64,000 nt of DNA, from assembly GCA_963721165.1 (NCBI GenBank), contig CAVRIE010000009.1, positions 19,800-83,799 of the forward strand. The letters run 5' to 3'. Position 1 is the stretch's first letter. Every line of letters begins with the position of its first letter. Source of the stretch: an uncultured Actinomycetota bacterium (lineage in GTDB: Bacteria > Actinomycetota > Actinomycetes > Propionibacteriales > Nocardioidaceae). Under the pieces are notes generated by a model. That model saw nothing but the letters and a program-made list of their open reading frames with translations, was not told where the DNA came from and made no database searches. This document shows, in pieces, positions 28,794-38,600 of this stretch. The position numbers were made by a program, and so were the translations under genes.

Positions 28794-29672
28794 GTGCAGC
28801 AGTTCCTCACCATCGCGTTGACCGGGCTGACACTCGGCTTCGTCTATGCCGCGTTCGCGCTCGCGCTCGTGCTGATCTGGCGCTCGACGCGGATCGTCAA
28901 CTTCGCCCAGGCGCCGATGGCGATGATCACCACCTACATCGCGCTGGTGCTCATCGACGCGGGGGCGTCGTACTGGGTCGGCTTCGCCGCTGCCCTGGTG
29001 TCCGGGCTGGTCCTGGGGGCCTTGGTCGAGCGGGTCTTCGTGCGCCCCGTGGAGGGCAAGTCCGAGATCAACGCGGTGATCCTCACGCTGGGCCTCTTCA
29101 TCGTGATCCACGCTCTGGCAGCGGTGATCTTCGGCTCGCGCTACCGCTCCTTCCCGGCACCGTTCGGACTGCGCGGGTTCCAGATCGGCGACATGCGGAT
29201 CGCGCTCACCGGGTTCGGCATCTTCACGATCGTGGCCGTGCTGGTGACGATGGGCCTGCTCGTCGCGCTGTTCCGGTTCACCGACCTGGGTCTGAAGATG
29301 CGCGCCTCGGCGTTCAACGCGGAGGTGGCCAGACTCCTCGGCGTCAAGGTCGGCCGGATGCTGACCTTGGGTTGGGCGCTGGCCGCGCTCGTCGGGTCGC
29401 TCTCGGGCCTCCTCATTGCCGGCGGCAGCCTCGTGCACCCGTCGTACATGGACTCCGTCGTCGTCTACGGCTTCGTCGCCGCTGTGCTCGGTGGGCTCGA
29501 CAGCCCAGTGGGCGCGGTGATCGGCGGCCTGCTGCTCGGCGTCTCGCTCAGCTTCGTCAGCGGGTACGTCGGCTCCGAGGTCGTCGCGCTGGCCGCTCTC
29601 GTGATCCTCATGCTCGTCCTGCTCCTCAAACCCGGTGGCCTGTTCTCCCACGCAGCAGAGCGGAGGGTCTGA
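28794..29672 (+). CDS. HAAT-family ABC permease (LivH-like)
   Basis: IVNFAQ, LGLKMRA, AAVLGG; multi-TM. Confidence 0.9.
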   Translation: MQQFLTIALTGLTLGFVYAAFALALVLIWRSTRIVNFAQAPMAMITTYIALVLIDAGASYWVGFAAALVSGLVLGALVERVFVRPVEGKSEINAVILTLGLFIVIHALAAVIFGSRYRSFPAPFGLRGFQIGDMRIALTGFGIFTIVAVLVTMGLLVALFRFTDLGLKMRASAFNAEVARLLGVKVGRMLTLGWALAALVGSLSGLLIAGGSLVHPSYMDSVVVYGFVAAVLGGLDSPVGAVIGGLLLGVSLSFVSGYVGSEVVALAALVILMLVLLLKPGGLFSHAAERRV

Positions 29673-30788
29673 ATGGCCTCGCTGCCCGCACCCATGACCA
29701 AGCTCTCCGAGTCCACCCTGCTGCGGCACGTCCTGCTCGCGGTGGCCGGCCTCGTCGTCGTGATCCTCGTGGTCGAGACCAGCAGCGACTTCCGCAGCGC
29801 ACAGTTCGCCGCCATGGCGTACCTCGGCATCGCCGCCGGCGGGCTCACCGTGCTGACCGGCCTCAACGGCCAGATCTCGCTGGGACACGGCGCCTTCATG
29901 GCGATCGGCGCCTACACCACCGCGCTGCTCTACCAGGACGCCGAGCCGGTGCTTCCCGTGGTGGGCGCCCTGGCCGCGGCCACCATCGTCGCGCTGGTCG
30001 TCGGCGCTGCGGTCGGTGTCGCGGCGGCGCGGCTCCACGGGCCCTACCTGGCGGGCGCCACGCTCGCCCTCGCCATCGCGGTCCCCGGAATCGCCGTCTT
30101 CTTCGACGAGACGTTCGGTGGCGAGCAGGGACTCACCGTGCGGCTTCCCGAGGTCCCGAGCTGGTTCGCCGACATCGTCTTCTTCATCACCGCGCACGAC
30201 GTGTCGAGCAGCAAGTACGTCGCCTACATCGGCTGGCTGTCGCTGATCGGCGTCTTCGTGCTGCTCGCGAACCTCTCCCGCAGCCGGGTCGGCCGGACCT
30301 GGCGGGCAGTCCGCGACGACGAGGTCGCTGCGGAGCTGGCCGGGATCAACCTGGGCCGTGCCCGGGTGCTCGCCTTCCTGGTGAGCGCGGCGTGTGCCGG
30401 GCTGGCCGGGTCCGTGATGGCGATGGCCGTCCGGCTCACCGCTCCGAGCGGCTTCACGCTCACGCTCTCGCTGACCCTTCTGACCGCGGTCGTGCTCGGC
30501 GGGCTCGGGAGCCTGCTCGGCGCGCTGATCGGCGCCGCCCTGCTCACGTTCCTGCCGCAGGTCGTCACAGGCGTGGGTGCCGACCTCGGCCTCAGCGACC
30601 TGCAGTCCGCCGAGCTCGCGCCGCTCGTCTACGGCCTGACGATGGTGCTCGTCATCCTGCTCGCTCCCGCCGGGATCGTCGGCAGCGCTCGCGGGTGGGC
30701 GCGTCGACGCGCCGAGAGGCGAGGACGACCGGCGTCATCCGGGGGAGCCGAGGAGCGGCCGGCCGAGAAGGTCCAAGAACGCGCATGA
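29673..30788 (+). CDS. HAAT-family ABC permease (LivM-like)
   Basis: GQISLGHGAFMAIGAY, GPYLAGATLA, RAVRDDEVAAELAGIN. Confidence 0.9.
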   Translation: MASLPAPMTKLSESTLLRHVLLAVAGLVVVILVVETSSDFRSAQFAAMAYLGIAAGGLTVLTGLNGQISLGHGAFMAIGAYTTALLYQDAEPVLPVVGALAAATIVALVVGAAVGVAAARLHGPYLAGATLALAIAVPGIAVFFDETFGGEQGLTVRLPEVPSWFADIVFFITAHDVSSSKYVAYIGWLSLIGVFVLLANLSRSRVGRTWRAVRDDEVAAELAGINLGRARVLAFLVSAACAGLAGSVMAMAVRLTAPSGFTLTLSLTLLTAVVLGGLGSLLGALIGAALLTFLPQVVTGVGADLGLSDLQSAELAPLVYGLTMVLVILLAPAGIVGSARGWARRRAERRGRPASSGGAEERPAEKVQERA

Positions 30789-30850
30789 GTCCCTGCTCCC
30801 GCGCCGGCGGGGCAGCAACAGGAGCTGGCAACTACAGGAGGCAACACCAC

Positions 30851-32188
30851 ATGAAGAGATGGACGAGAAGCCTGGCCCTGGCGACCAGTGTCATCACGAC
30901 GGGGGCCCTGGTCGCCGCGTGTGGCGCCGGAAGCAGCCGGGAGGAGTCGAGCGGAGCCTCTGCATCCGAGGTGGGGATCACCGACAGCTCGATCAAGATC
31001 GGTGCGCACTTCCCGCTCACCGGCGTCGCGGCCCCGGGTTACAGCGAGATCCCGAGCGGCATGAAGGCCTACTTCGACTACGTCAACGCGAACGGTGGCG
31101 TGAACGGCCGCAAGATCGAGTTCGTGGTCCGCGACGACGGCTACAACCCCACGAACACCAGCCAGGTCACCAACGAGCTGGTGCTCAAGGACCAGATCTT
31201 CGCGATGGTCGGCGGTCTCGGCACCCCGACGCACGCCGCCGTCGTCGACTTCCTCAACTCCGAGAAGGTGCCCGACCTGTTCGTGTCCTCCGGCGCGCTC
31301 CAGTGGGGCGACGACGTCGAGGCGAAGCCGTACACCTTCGGCTGGCAGCCCGACTACGAGAGCGAGGGCAAGATCATCGGCCAGTACGTCGCCGAGAACA
31401 TGCCCGACGCCAAGGTCGGTCTGTTCCTCCAGGACGACGACATGGGCCGGGACGGCGAGAAGGGCATCCGCCGGTTCCTCGACAAGCAGATCGTCGCGGT
31501 CGAGCGGTACACCTCCGGCAACACCGACGTCGCTCCGCAGATCGCCGGCCTCCAGGCCAAGGGCGCGGACCTCGTGCTCAGCTTCAACACCCCGTCGTAC
31601 ACCGCCCTGAGCCAGCTCGTCTCCATGAAGCTCAACTACAAGCCGAAGTGGTTCTACGCCAACATCGGCTCCGACCCGACACTCGTCGGCTCGCTGCTCT
31701 CGAAGTTCTCCGAGGGCAAGGTCGACGGCGCCCAGCCGCTCGACGGCGTGCTCACCACCGAGTACCTGGCCGGCGTGGACTCACCGGACGACCCGTGGGT
31801 GAAGCTGTGGCAGAAGGTCTGGGACGAGAACGGTGACAAGGGGGACCTCACCAACTACCGGGTCTACGGCATGGCCAAGGCCTACGCCTTCGTGCAGGCG
31901 CTCCAGGCCGCCGGCGAGAACCCGACCCGCGAGAGCATCGTCGAGGTCACCGAGAAGTGGGACTCGAAGACTCCCGGGCCGGAGCTGGCTCCCTTCCGGT
32001 TCTCCTCCGATGGCCACATGGGCATCTCCGGGATGCGGATCGTCGAGCTCGAGGGCGGTGCCGGCAAGGACCTGACGCCGGTCCTGGTCACCGACAACGG
32101 CGACGCCCCGATCGAGGAGGACGCGTCCGGCCAGGGCGATGACGCCCCTCCGGCCGACGGCGTCCCCGAGGTCGAGCCGGCCGGCTGA
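30851..32188 (+). CDS. ABC substrate-binding lipoprotein (periplasmic binding protein type 1)
   Basis: Lipobox LVAAC; GVNGRKIEFVVRDDGYNP; RBS AGGAGG upstream. Confidence 0.9.
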   Translation: MKRWTRSLALATSVITTGALVAACGAGSSREESSGASASEVGITDSSIKIGAHFPLTGVAAPGYSEIPSGMKAYFDYVNANGGVNGRKIEFVVRDDGYNPTNTSQVTNELVLKDQIFAMVGGLGTPTHAAVVDFLNSEKVPDLFVSSGALQWGDDVEAKPYTFGWQPDYESEGKIIGQYVAENMPDAKVGLFLQDDDMGRDGEKGIRRFLDKQIVAVERYTSGNTDVAPQIAGLQAKGADLVLSFNTPSYTALSQLVSMKLNYKPKWFYANIGSDPTLVGSLLSKFSEGKVDGAQPLDGVLTTEYLAGVDSPDDPWVKLWQKVWDENGDKGDLTNYRVYGMAKAYAFVQALQAAGENPTRESIVEVTEKWDSKTPGPELAPFRFSSDGHMGISGMRIVELEGGAGKDLTPVLVTDNGDAPIEEDASGQGDDAPPADGVPEVEPAG

Positions 32189-32219
32189 CCGTCGTACTCA
32201 TCGCTCTGGAGGAGGAAGC

Positions 32220-33719
32220 ATGACCTCGCTCTCGCTCGCTGCCGTGCTCGCCGAGTCGGCCCGTCGCGTGCCCGACAAGCTCGCCGTCGTGGAGGGAGAC
32301 CTCCGGCTCAGCTACGCCGAGCTGTGGCGCGACGCCCGTCGCTACGCGGCGGCCCTCGTCGAGCGCGGCATCGGGCGGGGCTCCCGTGTAGGTCTGCTGG
32401 CGCCGAACGTCGTGGACTTCGTCCGCGGGTACTTCGGCATCCTCTCCGCCGGTGGCGTGGTGGTCCCGGTGCCGACCCTGCTCAACGGCAACGAGGCGGC
32501 GTACATCCTGTCGCACTCCGGAGCGCAGACCCTGCTCTACGAGGCGGGGTACGCCTCCATCGCCTCGCACGCCGCGGCCGCCGCCGGGGTGGAGGCCTGG
32601 CCGGTGGAGGGTTTCGCCGACGGGGCGGAGCCGGTGCGGACCTACGCGACCCGTGAGGCCGAGGACCCCGCGGTCGTCTTCTACACGAGCGGTACGACGG
32701 GCCGCCCCAAGGGCGCGGTCCTCACGCATCTCAACCTGGTGATGAACTCGACCGTCAACGCGTTCGACGCCAACCCGATCCGGCGTGACGACATCGTGAT
32801 GGGCTGCCTCCCGCTGTTCCACACCTTCGGGCAGACGGTGTCGATGAACTCCACGTTCCGGGTCGGGGCCACGCTGCTCCTCCAACCGCGCTTCGACGCG
32901 CCGACCGCGATCGAGCTCATGCACCGCGAGGCCGCGACGCTCTTCTTCGGCGTGCCGACGATGTACGTCCAGCTCCTCGAGGCATCCGGGTCGGCCGTCG
33001 AGCTGCCGCGGCTGCGGGACTGCATCTCCGGCGGTGCGTCGCTCCCGGTGGTGGTGCTCGAGAAGTTCGAGACGGCCTTCGACACGACCGTGTACGAGGG
33101 CTACGGCCTCTCGGAGACCTCGCCGACCGCGACCGTCAACCAGCCGTGGTTCGGCACCCGGCCCGGCACGGTCGGCCACCCGATCTGGGGCGTCGAGGTG
33201 GAGGTCGCCGACGAAACCGTCGACGACCGCATCGTGCTGCTCGACACAGGCGCGCTCGGCGAGATCGTGGTGCGCGGTCACAACGTCTTCGCCGGCTACC
33301 TCGACAACCCCGAGGCCACGGCGGAGGCTGTTGTGGACGGCTGGTTCCGCACCGGTGACATCGGACGCAAGGACGAGGACGGCTTCATCTCGATCGTCGA
33401 CCGCAAGAAGGACCTGATCATCCGAGGCGGCTTCAACGTCTACCCGCGCGAGGTCGAGGAGGTCCTCATCCGCTACCCCGGCGTGGCGCAGGTCGCCGTG
33501 ATCGGCGTACCGGACCCGGAGAAGGGCGAAGAGGTGTGTGCGGTGGTCGTACCCTCCTCTCCCCGCGGCGTGGACGCCGATGCGCTCGTGGAGTGGTCGC
33601 GGGAGCAGCTGGGCCGGCACAAGTACCCGCGCATGGTCGAGGTGGTCGACGAGCTGCCGCTCGGCCCCACCCACAAGGTGCTCAAGCGTGAGCTGCGAGC
33701 GCAGCTCGCCCGCTCGTGA
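32220..33719 (+). CDS. Long-chain fatty acid-CoA ligase
   Basis: FYTSGTTGRPKG, EGYGLSET, WFRTGDIG, DRKKDLIIRGGFNVYPREVEE. Confidence 0.93.
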   Translation: MTSLSLAAVLAESARRVPDKLAVVEGDLRLSYAELWRDARRYAAALVERGIGRGSRVGLLAPNVVDFVRGYFGILSAGGVVVPVPTLLNGNEAAYILSHSGAQTLLYEAGYASIASHAAAAAGVEAWPVEGFADGAEPVRTYATREAEDPAVVFYTSGTTGRPKGAVLTHLNLVMNSTVNAFDANPIRRDDIVMGCLPLFHTFGQTVSMNSTFRVGATLLLQPRFDAPTAIELMHREAATLFFGVPTMYVQLLEASGSAVELPRLRDCISGGASLPVVVLEKFETAFDTTVYEGYGLSETSPTATVNQPWFGTRPGTVGHPIWGVEVEVADETVDDRIVLLDTGALGEIVVRGHNVFAGYLDNPEATAEAVVDGWFRTGDIGRKDEDGFISIVDRKKDLIIRGGFNVYPREVEEVLIRYPGVAQVAVIGVPDPEKGEEVCAVVVPSSPRGVDADALVEWSREQLGRHKYPRMVEVVDELPLGPTHKVLKRELRAQLARS

Positions 33720-33744
33720 ACCCCCAACAAGACAAGGCAGACCG

Positions 33745-34926
33745 ATGGACCTGAACCTCAGCGACGAAGAACGCGAGATCCGCGAGTGGGTGCGCACGTT
33801 CGTGCGCAAGGAGATCATGCCGCTCGAGCAGGAGGTGCTCGCCCGGGAGCGGCGCAACGAGCGTGGCCTGAAGGAGGAGGAGCTCGAAGCCCTTCAGGAC
33901 AAGGCGAAACAGTCCGGTTTCTTCGGGGTGCACACGCCCGAGGAGTACGGCGGGATGGGACTCGGCGCGGTGATGAACGCCCTCGTCGAGGTCGAGCTCG
34001 GCCGGTCGTTCGTGCAGTTCAAGTTCGCCGGGGACGCCGACAACATCCTGTACTTCGCGAACGAGGAGCAGAGGAAGCGCTACCTCGTGCCGACGATCAA
34101 CGGTGAGCGCAAGAGCTGTTTCTCGATCACGGAGCCCGGAGCGGGTTCGGACGCCCGGGCGATCCGGACCTCCGCCGTACGCGAGGGCGACGAGTGGGTG
34201 ATCAACGGCGAGAAGACGTTCATCACCGGAGGCAACGAGGCCGACTTCACGATGGTCTTCGCGGTCACGGACCCCGAGAAGCACAGGGAAGGGCGATCCT
34301 CCGAGTCCGTCACCTGCTTCCTGGTCGACCGGGAGCAGGGCTGGAAGTCCGAGTACATCGACACGATGGGCGAGTGGGGGCCGGCGTCGCTGGTCTTCGA
34401 CGACGTGCGCGTGCCTCACTCCGCGATCCTCGGCGAGGAGGGCAAGGGCTTCGAGCTCGCGATGCGGTGGATCGGCAAGGGCCGCTACCTGCTGCCCGCT
34501 CGTGCGCTCGGCGCGTGTGAGCGCCTGGTCGAGATGGGCATGGAGCACGCCCGCAACCGGGTGACCTTCGGCAAGCCGATCGCCGACCGGCAGGCGATCC
34601 AGTGGATGATCGCCGACTCCGCCGTGGAGATCGAGGCGCTGCGCTGGCTGGTGCTGTCCGCCGCCTGGCAGGTCGACGCCGGGCTCGACTCCCGCCAGGC
34701 CCAGTCGATGGCGAAGCTGTACGGCGGCGTCAGGGCCAACGAGATCGTCGACCGGGTGCTGCAGATGCACGGCGGCATGGGCTACACGCGTGAGCTCCCT
34801 GTCGAGCGGTGGTACCGCGAGCTGCGGCTGCTCCGCATCTACGAGGGGACCGACGAGATCCAGCGCCGGACCATCGCCCGCAACCTGTTGAAGGGCCACG
34901 CGTCGATCCGCGGCCACCTCGGCTGA
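33745..34926 (+). CDS. Acyl-CoA dehydrogenase
   Basis: CFSITEPGAGSD, NGEKTFIT, RVTFGKPI, QMHGGMGY, IYEGTDEIQR. Confidence 0.93.
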   Translation: MDLNLSDEEREIREWVRTFVRKEIMPLEQEVLARERRNERGLKEEELEALQDKAKQSGFFGVHTPEEYGGMGLGAVMNALVEVELGRSFVQFKFAGDADNILYFANEEQRKRYLVPTINGERKSCFSITEPGAGSDARAIRTSAVREGDEWVINGEKTFITGGNEADFTMVFAVTDPEKHREGRSSESVTCFLVDREQGWKSEYIDTMGEWGPASLVFDDVRVPHSAILGEEGKGFELAMRWIGKGRYLLPARALGACERLVEMGMEHARNRVTFGKPIADRQAIQWMIADSAVEIEALRWLVLSAAWQVDAGLDSRQAQSMAKLYGGVRANEIVDRVLQMHGGMGYTRELPVERWYRELRLLRIYEGTDEIQRRTIARNLLKGHASIRGHLG

Positions 34927-34945
34927 GTCCGAGTCGGCCGGCGCG

Positions 34946-35410
34946 TCAGGAGTCTCGGCGCAGGGTCCACGGGAGGTCGGGGTCGGCGCCCTGGATCTCC
35001 AGGGCCGCGACGGTGATCCGCGCGAGGCCCGCGGCGTCGGACTGCGGCCACTCCACGACGGTGTAGTCGGGCGCGTACGGCTCGTAGTGGCCGGGGTCAC
35101 CGGGGCCCTTCCAGCCGAGGTCCCGGATGCTCCGGTCCTGCTCCTCGGTGATCTCCACCTGGCCGCCGACGAGAGTGGCGCCGCCGAGGGTGCCGAGGAC
35201 GAGCCCCTGTCCCTGGCCGGCGAACTGCGCGACGTAGCCCGAGGGGAGCCGGACCGGCGGCTTGGTGCGGAAGAGCCCGCGGCGCGGCTCGGACCAGCGC
35301 TGCTGCTCGGGCGGGACCTCGTGGTCGAAGACCAGGAACTCGACCTCGGAGAGGGTCGCCAGCTCCGAGGCGAGGCGGTCGCGCCACCGGTCCCAGCGGG
35401 GGTCGGCCAT
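34946..35410 (-). CDS. Hypothetical protein, possibly TY-Chap/YbjN-like chaperone fold
   Basis: Good codon bias; RBS AGGAG upstream of ATG 35410; Y-x-QF ... LGWxxP pattern recalled from TY-Chap families, not verified. Confidence 0.55.
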   Translation of the reverse strand: MADPRWDRWRDRLASELATLSEVEFLVFDHEVPPEQQRWSEPRRGLFRTKPPVRLPSGYVAQFAGQGQGLVLGTLGGATLVGGQVEITEEQDRSIRDLGWKGPGDPGHYEPYAPDYTVVEWPQSDAAGLARITVAALEIQGADPDLPWTLRRDS

Positions 35411-35491
35411 GGTGCTGCTCCTGTCCGGGTGCTCGGGGCAGAACGGGACGGGCCGGGCATGTCGACCCACCCGGAGGGTACCTTTTCGGAC

Positions 35492-35782
35492 GTGAGCGGT
35501 GGATACGCACTCGAGCCGGCCGAGCTCGACGCGATCGTGGGTTTCCTGAGCGACGCCGAGTCCGAGCTGCATGACGACGTGAGCTCGCTGTCGGTGTCCC
35601 CCGACGCGGGCCGCAGCACCGACGAGGTCGCGAAGGCCTTCGGCACACTCGCGGTCGCGGGGGGAGCCCTGGCCGAGAGGATCGGTGTCATCTCGTCGAC
35701 GCTGGCCGACAACGTCGCGCGTTACCGCGACGCCGAGGAGCGCGTGGCCGGCTCCTTCCGACAGGACGGCCTGCAGCCGTGA
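35492..35782 (+). CDS. Small WXG100-like type VII secretion substrate/partner
   Basis: 96 aa helix-turn-helix pattern, C-terminal YRDAE (YxxxD/E signal); GTGA overlap with the next gene. Confidence 0.7.
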   Translation: MSGGYALEPAELDAIVGFLSDAESELHDDVSSLSVSPDAGRSTDEVAKAFGTLAVAGGALAERIGVISSTLADNVARYRDAEERVAGSFRQDGLQP

Positions 35783-36999
35783 GCGCCGTGATCGACCTAC
35801 AGGTGCACGGTGATGTGGGCGCCTGCGCGGAGGCCGTACGCCGGGGCAGGCAGGCGTCCGAGGCCGTTGACGCGGCCATCGCCCACCTGCGCAAGGCGGG
35901 CGACGACAGCCGCGACTGGACCGGCATCGCGGCCGACTCGTTCCGGGGCGAGCTCACCGAGGTGCGGACCGACCTGTCCGACCTCCACGGAAGGCTCGGC
36001 GACGCCACCCGGGCGCTCAGCACCTTTGCCGACGAGCTGGTCTCGGTGCGCAGCAAGCTGGCCGACGTCCGCGACTTCGCCGCCTCGCACGGCCTGACTG
36101 TGGGTGAGCACACGGTGACCGCGCCGGCCACGCCGTCGGGCGACGCTGACCAGGCGACCATCGACGCGCACAACGAGAAGGTGGGCCACTGGAACACCGC
36201 CGTGGAGATGGCCGAGGGCGCGCGGTCCAAGGAGGCCGGTGCGCACGAGCAGCTGACCTCGAGCCTCCAGAAGGTCGACGGCGACGGCTGGCTGGAGAAC
36301 CTCCTCGAGCGACTCGGCATCCTGCCGCCGGACAACATGGACGGAGTCACCGGGTCCGGGTGGCTCGCCGGTCTCGGCCTCACCGCCTTCGGCGTACAGG
36401 CAGAGGCGATGGCGCGGGCGGTCCTCGGCCGCTGGCAGCCGTGGTTCAAGGGCCCGAACGGGTGGCGGCTGGGATCGCCGTACGGCCTTTCCGCGTGGGA
36501 GCGCTTCAAGCTGGGGCTGCGCACCGGCGAGACGGCGGCGCGGGACTGGCGCGCCTACCCCTACCAGTCGGCTGCGCGTGGCCGGTGGTCCACCGCGGGC
36601 AAGTGGGCCGGGCGGATCGGTATCCCGATCACGGCGGCGACGTCCGGGTGGGAGCAGTGGCAGGCCGACGCCGACGACCCCTCGCTCGACACCGGTGAGC
36701 GGGTGGACCGCACCGCCACCAAGGCCGCGACGACCACCGCCGGGGCCATCGTCGGCGCCAAGGGCGGCGCGATGCTCGGCGGGGCGATCGGCACCGCGAT
36801 CGCCCCGGGTGTCGGGACCGTCGTCGGTGGGGCGGTCGGTGGCCTGGTCGGCGGCGTCGGAGGAGCGATGGCCGGAGGTGCGGTCGGTGACTTCGTCAAC
36901 GAGCAGTGGGACGGCGCCGCGCACGCGGTCGGCGACGCGGCCGACACCATCGGTGAGGGACTCTCGGACGCCGGCGACGCTCTGACATTCTGGGACTGA
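35779..36999 (+). CDS. WXG100-domain putative type VII effector with C-terminal glycine zipper
   Basis: DWTGIAADSF (WxG); C-terminal GAIVGAKGGAMLGGAIGTAIAPGVGTVVGGAVGGLVGGVGGAMAGG. Confidence 0.75.
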   Translation: MSAVIDLQVHGDVGACAEAVRRGRQASEAVDAAIAHLRKAGDDSRDWTGIAADSFRGELTEVRTDLSDLHGRLGDATRALSTFADELVSVRSKLADVRDFAASHGLTVGEHTVTAPATPSGDADQATIDAHNEKVGHWNTAVEMAEGARSKEAGAHEQLTSSLQKVDGDGWLENLLERLGILPPDNMDGVTGSGWLAGLGLTAFGVQAEAMARAVLGRWQPWFKGPNGWRLGSPYGLSAWERFKLGLRTGETAARDWRAYPYQSAARGRWSTAGKWAGRIGIPITAATSGWEQWQADADDPSLDTGERVDRTATKAATTTAGAIVGAKGGAMLGGAIGTAIAPGVGTVVGGAVGGLVGGVGGAMAGGAVGDFVNEQWDGAAHAVGDAADTIGEGLSDAGDALTFWD

Positions 37000-37000
37000 C

Positions 37001-37387
37001 ATGACCTCCGTACTCGTCCTCCTCCTGTCCGTGCTCGCCGTCCTGGCCGCCGTGGCCCTGGCCGGGTACGCCGTTGCATGCCGCCGGGGGCGCACACCCG
37101 AGCGGCGAGAGTGGGCCTTCGGCAGCGAGGAGACCGCTCGGACCACGATCCTGATGCTGCCGGGAGGTGCGGCGATGCTTGCTGCGGCCGGCTTCCTGGG
37201 GCTGACCCGGGTCACGGACGCGGTCGCTCCGCTCGTCGCGTTCTGCGCCCTCGTCGGCGTAGTGCCGGTGCTCTGGGCCGGGCTGCGCCTGCCGGTGCCG
37301 CTGGCCTTCTACCCGGCATGGGCGCGGGAGCAGCGGGCGCGCGTCCGGGCCCGGGCGAAGGCGGGTTCGACGGGACGCAAGGCCTGA
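37001..37387 (+). CDS. Small 3-TM membrane protein, candidate immunity protein
   Basis: Three hydrophobic segments; starts 1 nt after the effector stop. Confidence 0.55.
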   Translation: MTSVLVLLLSVLAVLAAVALAGYAVACRRGRTPERREWAFGSEETARTTILMLPGGAAMLAAAGFLGLTRVTDAVAPLVAFCALVGVVPVLWAGLRLPVPLAFYPAWAREQRARVRARAKAGSTGRKA

Positions 37388-37854
37388 TGCTCCTCGAGCT
37401 GAGCGGCCCCTCCGGGTGCGCCCGAGTGCTCCTGCCCACCGGCTGGGAAGAGCTGGGCGACCCGGCTCCCGGCACCGCGGTCGCGGTCGAGCCCGCCGAA
37501 GCCTCCGCAGGCGGCTTCGGCAGCAACCTCGTGCTGTCCGGCGCCGACAACGACGGCCTCTCCTTCCGCGACTGGCAGGTGACCACCGACCAGCTGCTGC
37601 CCCGGATGCTCACCGACTACCTGCTGCTCGACCTCGAGCGGTGCCAGGTGGCGGGGCGTCCGGGCGGCCGGAGGCTCGCCCACCACATCACGCCCGACGG
37701 CGTCGCGGTGACGATGGAGCAGTGGTTCACCGCGGTCGACGGCGTGGGTTGGACGCTGACCGCGACCGTGGACTCGTTCAGGTACGACGAGCAGGCGGAG
37801 CTGCTCGCACGGGCGGCCGCGGGCCTCGAGATCGGCGCGGGGGCGACCCGATGA
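37387..37854 (+). CDS. DcrB/DUF1795 (PsbP-fold)-like cytoplasmic protein
   Basis: LPTGW, FGSNL, YLLLD, VTMEQW, TLTAT pattern; no signal peptide; TGA/ATG overlap. Confidence 0.55.
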   Translation: MLLELSGPSGCARVLLPTGWEELGDPAPGTAVAVEPAEASAGGFGSNLVLSGADNDGLSFRDWQVTTDQLLPRMLTDYLLLDLERCQVAGRPGGRRLAHHITPDGVAVTMEQWFTAVDGVGWTLTATVDSFRYDEQAELLARAAAGLEIGAGATR

Positions 37855-38474
37855 GCATCCGGGTGGACGGCCGGGTGGTCCGTCTCACCGACACCGACTT
37901 CCAGGACCTCGTCCGCGGGGAGGCCGCTCCCTCGCTCGCGGACGCGCTCTCGGTGCCAGGCGTGCCCGAGGCGCTGGAGGCCGTGCGCTCCCCGCTCGCC
38001 GTGCTGAACATCGCCGTCGCCGGCCGCAGCCATCTCCTGAGCCACCAGGCGTGGGTCACCCCGGACGCCGTGGCCCTGCTGCTCGACGTGCGCGAGGGTG
38101 AGCGCCAGCTCATGGCATTGCCGCCAGCGCTGCTCGCGTCCGGGCTCGCCCGACTGCTGCGGCTCGGTCCGCGCCGAGTCGCCGAACGGGCCCCAGGCGA
38201 GGCCGACGGCGCGGTCCTCGCGGACCTGTTCTCGGCGACCGAGATCCTCCGGCGCTCCGCCTTCGAGACGCTGGACGTGGACCTGGCGTGGAACCTCGGT
38301 CTGTCGTGGCCCGGCGGCGACCGCTGGATGAGCGGACTCGACGGCAGGGACGGGCTGTGGTTGGTCGCGGGCGACGAGGCCGCGCCACGGCTCGAGCCGA
38401 GCACGGCCACGGACGTCTGGCGTCGGCTCACCACGCTTCTCGTCGGGGTCGACGCCCCTCAGCTCGCCGGCTGA
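37851..38474 (+). CDS. EspG-like ESX secretion-associated protein
   Basis: LASGLARLLRLGPR and C-terminal GLW...LEPSTATDVWRRL pattern; ATGA overlap; locus context. Confidence 0.5.
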   Translation: MSIRVDGRVVRLTDTDFQDLVRGEAAPSLADALSVPGVPEALEAVRSPLAVLNIAVAGRSHLLSHQAWVTPDAVALLLDVREGERQLMALPPALLASGLARLLRLGPRRVAERAPGEADGAVLADLFSATEILRRSAFETLDVDLAWNLGLSWPGGDRWMSGLDGRDGLWLVAGDEAAPRLEPSTATDVWRRLTTLLVGVDAPQLAG

Positions 38475-38487
38475 GGCACCGGGCCCG

Positions 38488-38569
38488 TAGAACATGCACT
38501 GGGCCGCTCCCGGAGGGACATCCCCGCCTGACGCCGTACTGCGCCGGGACGACTGCATGTTCTGCGGGC
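38488..38569 (+). repeat. 82-bp direct repeat, left copy, with inverted ends AGAACATGCA...TGCATGTTCT
   Basis: Matches 39511-39593 with 2 substitutions and 1 indel. Confidence 0.92.
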
Positions 38570-38600
38570 CCGGGCCAACTCAGCCGCTGCGGGCCCGGGT

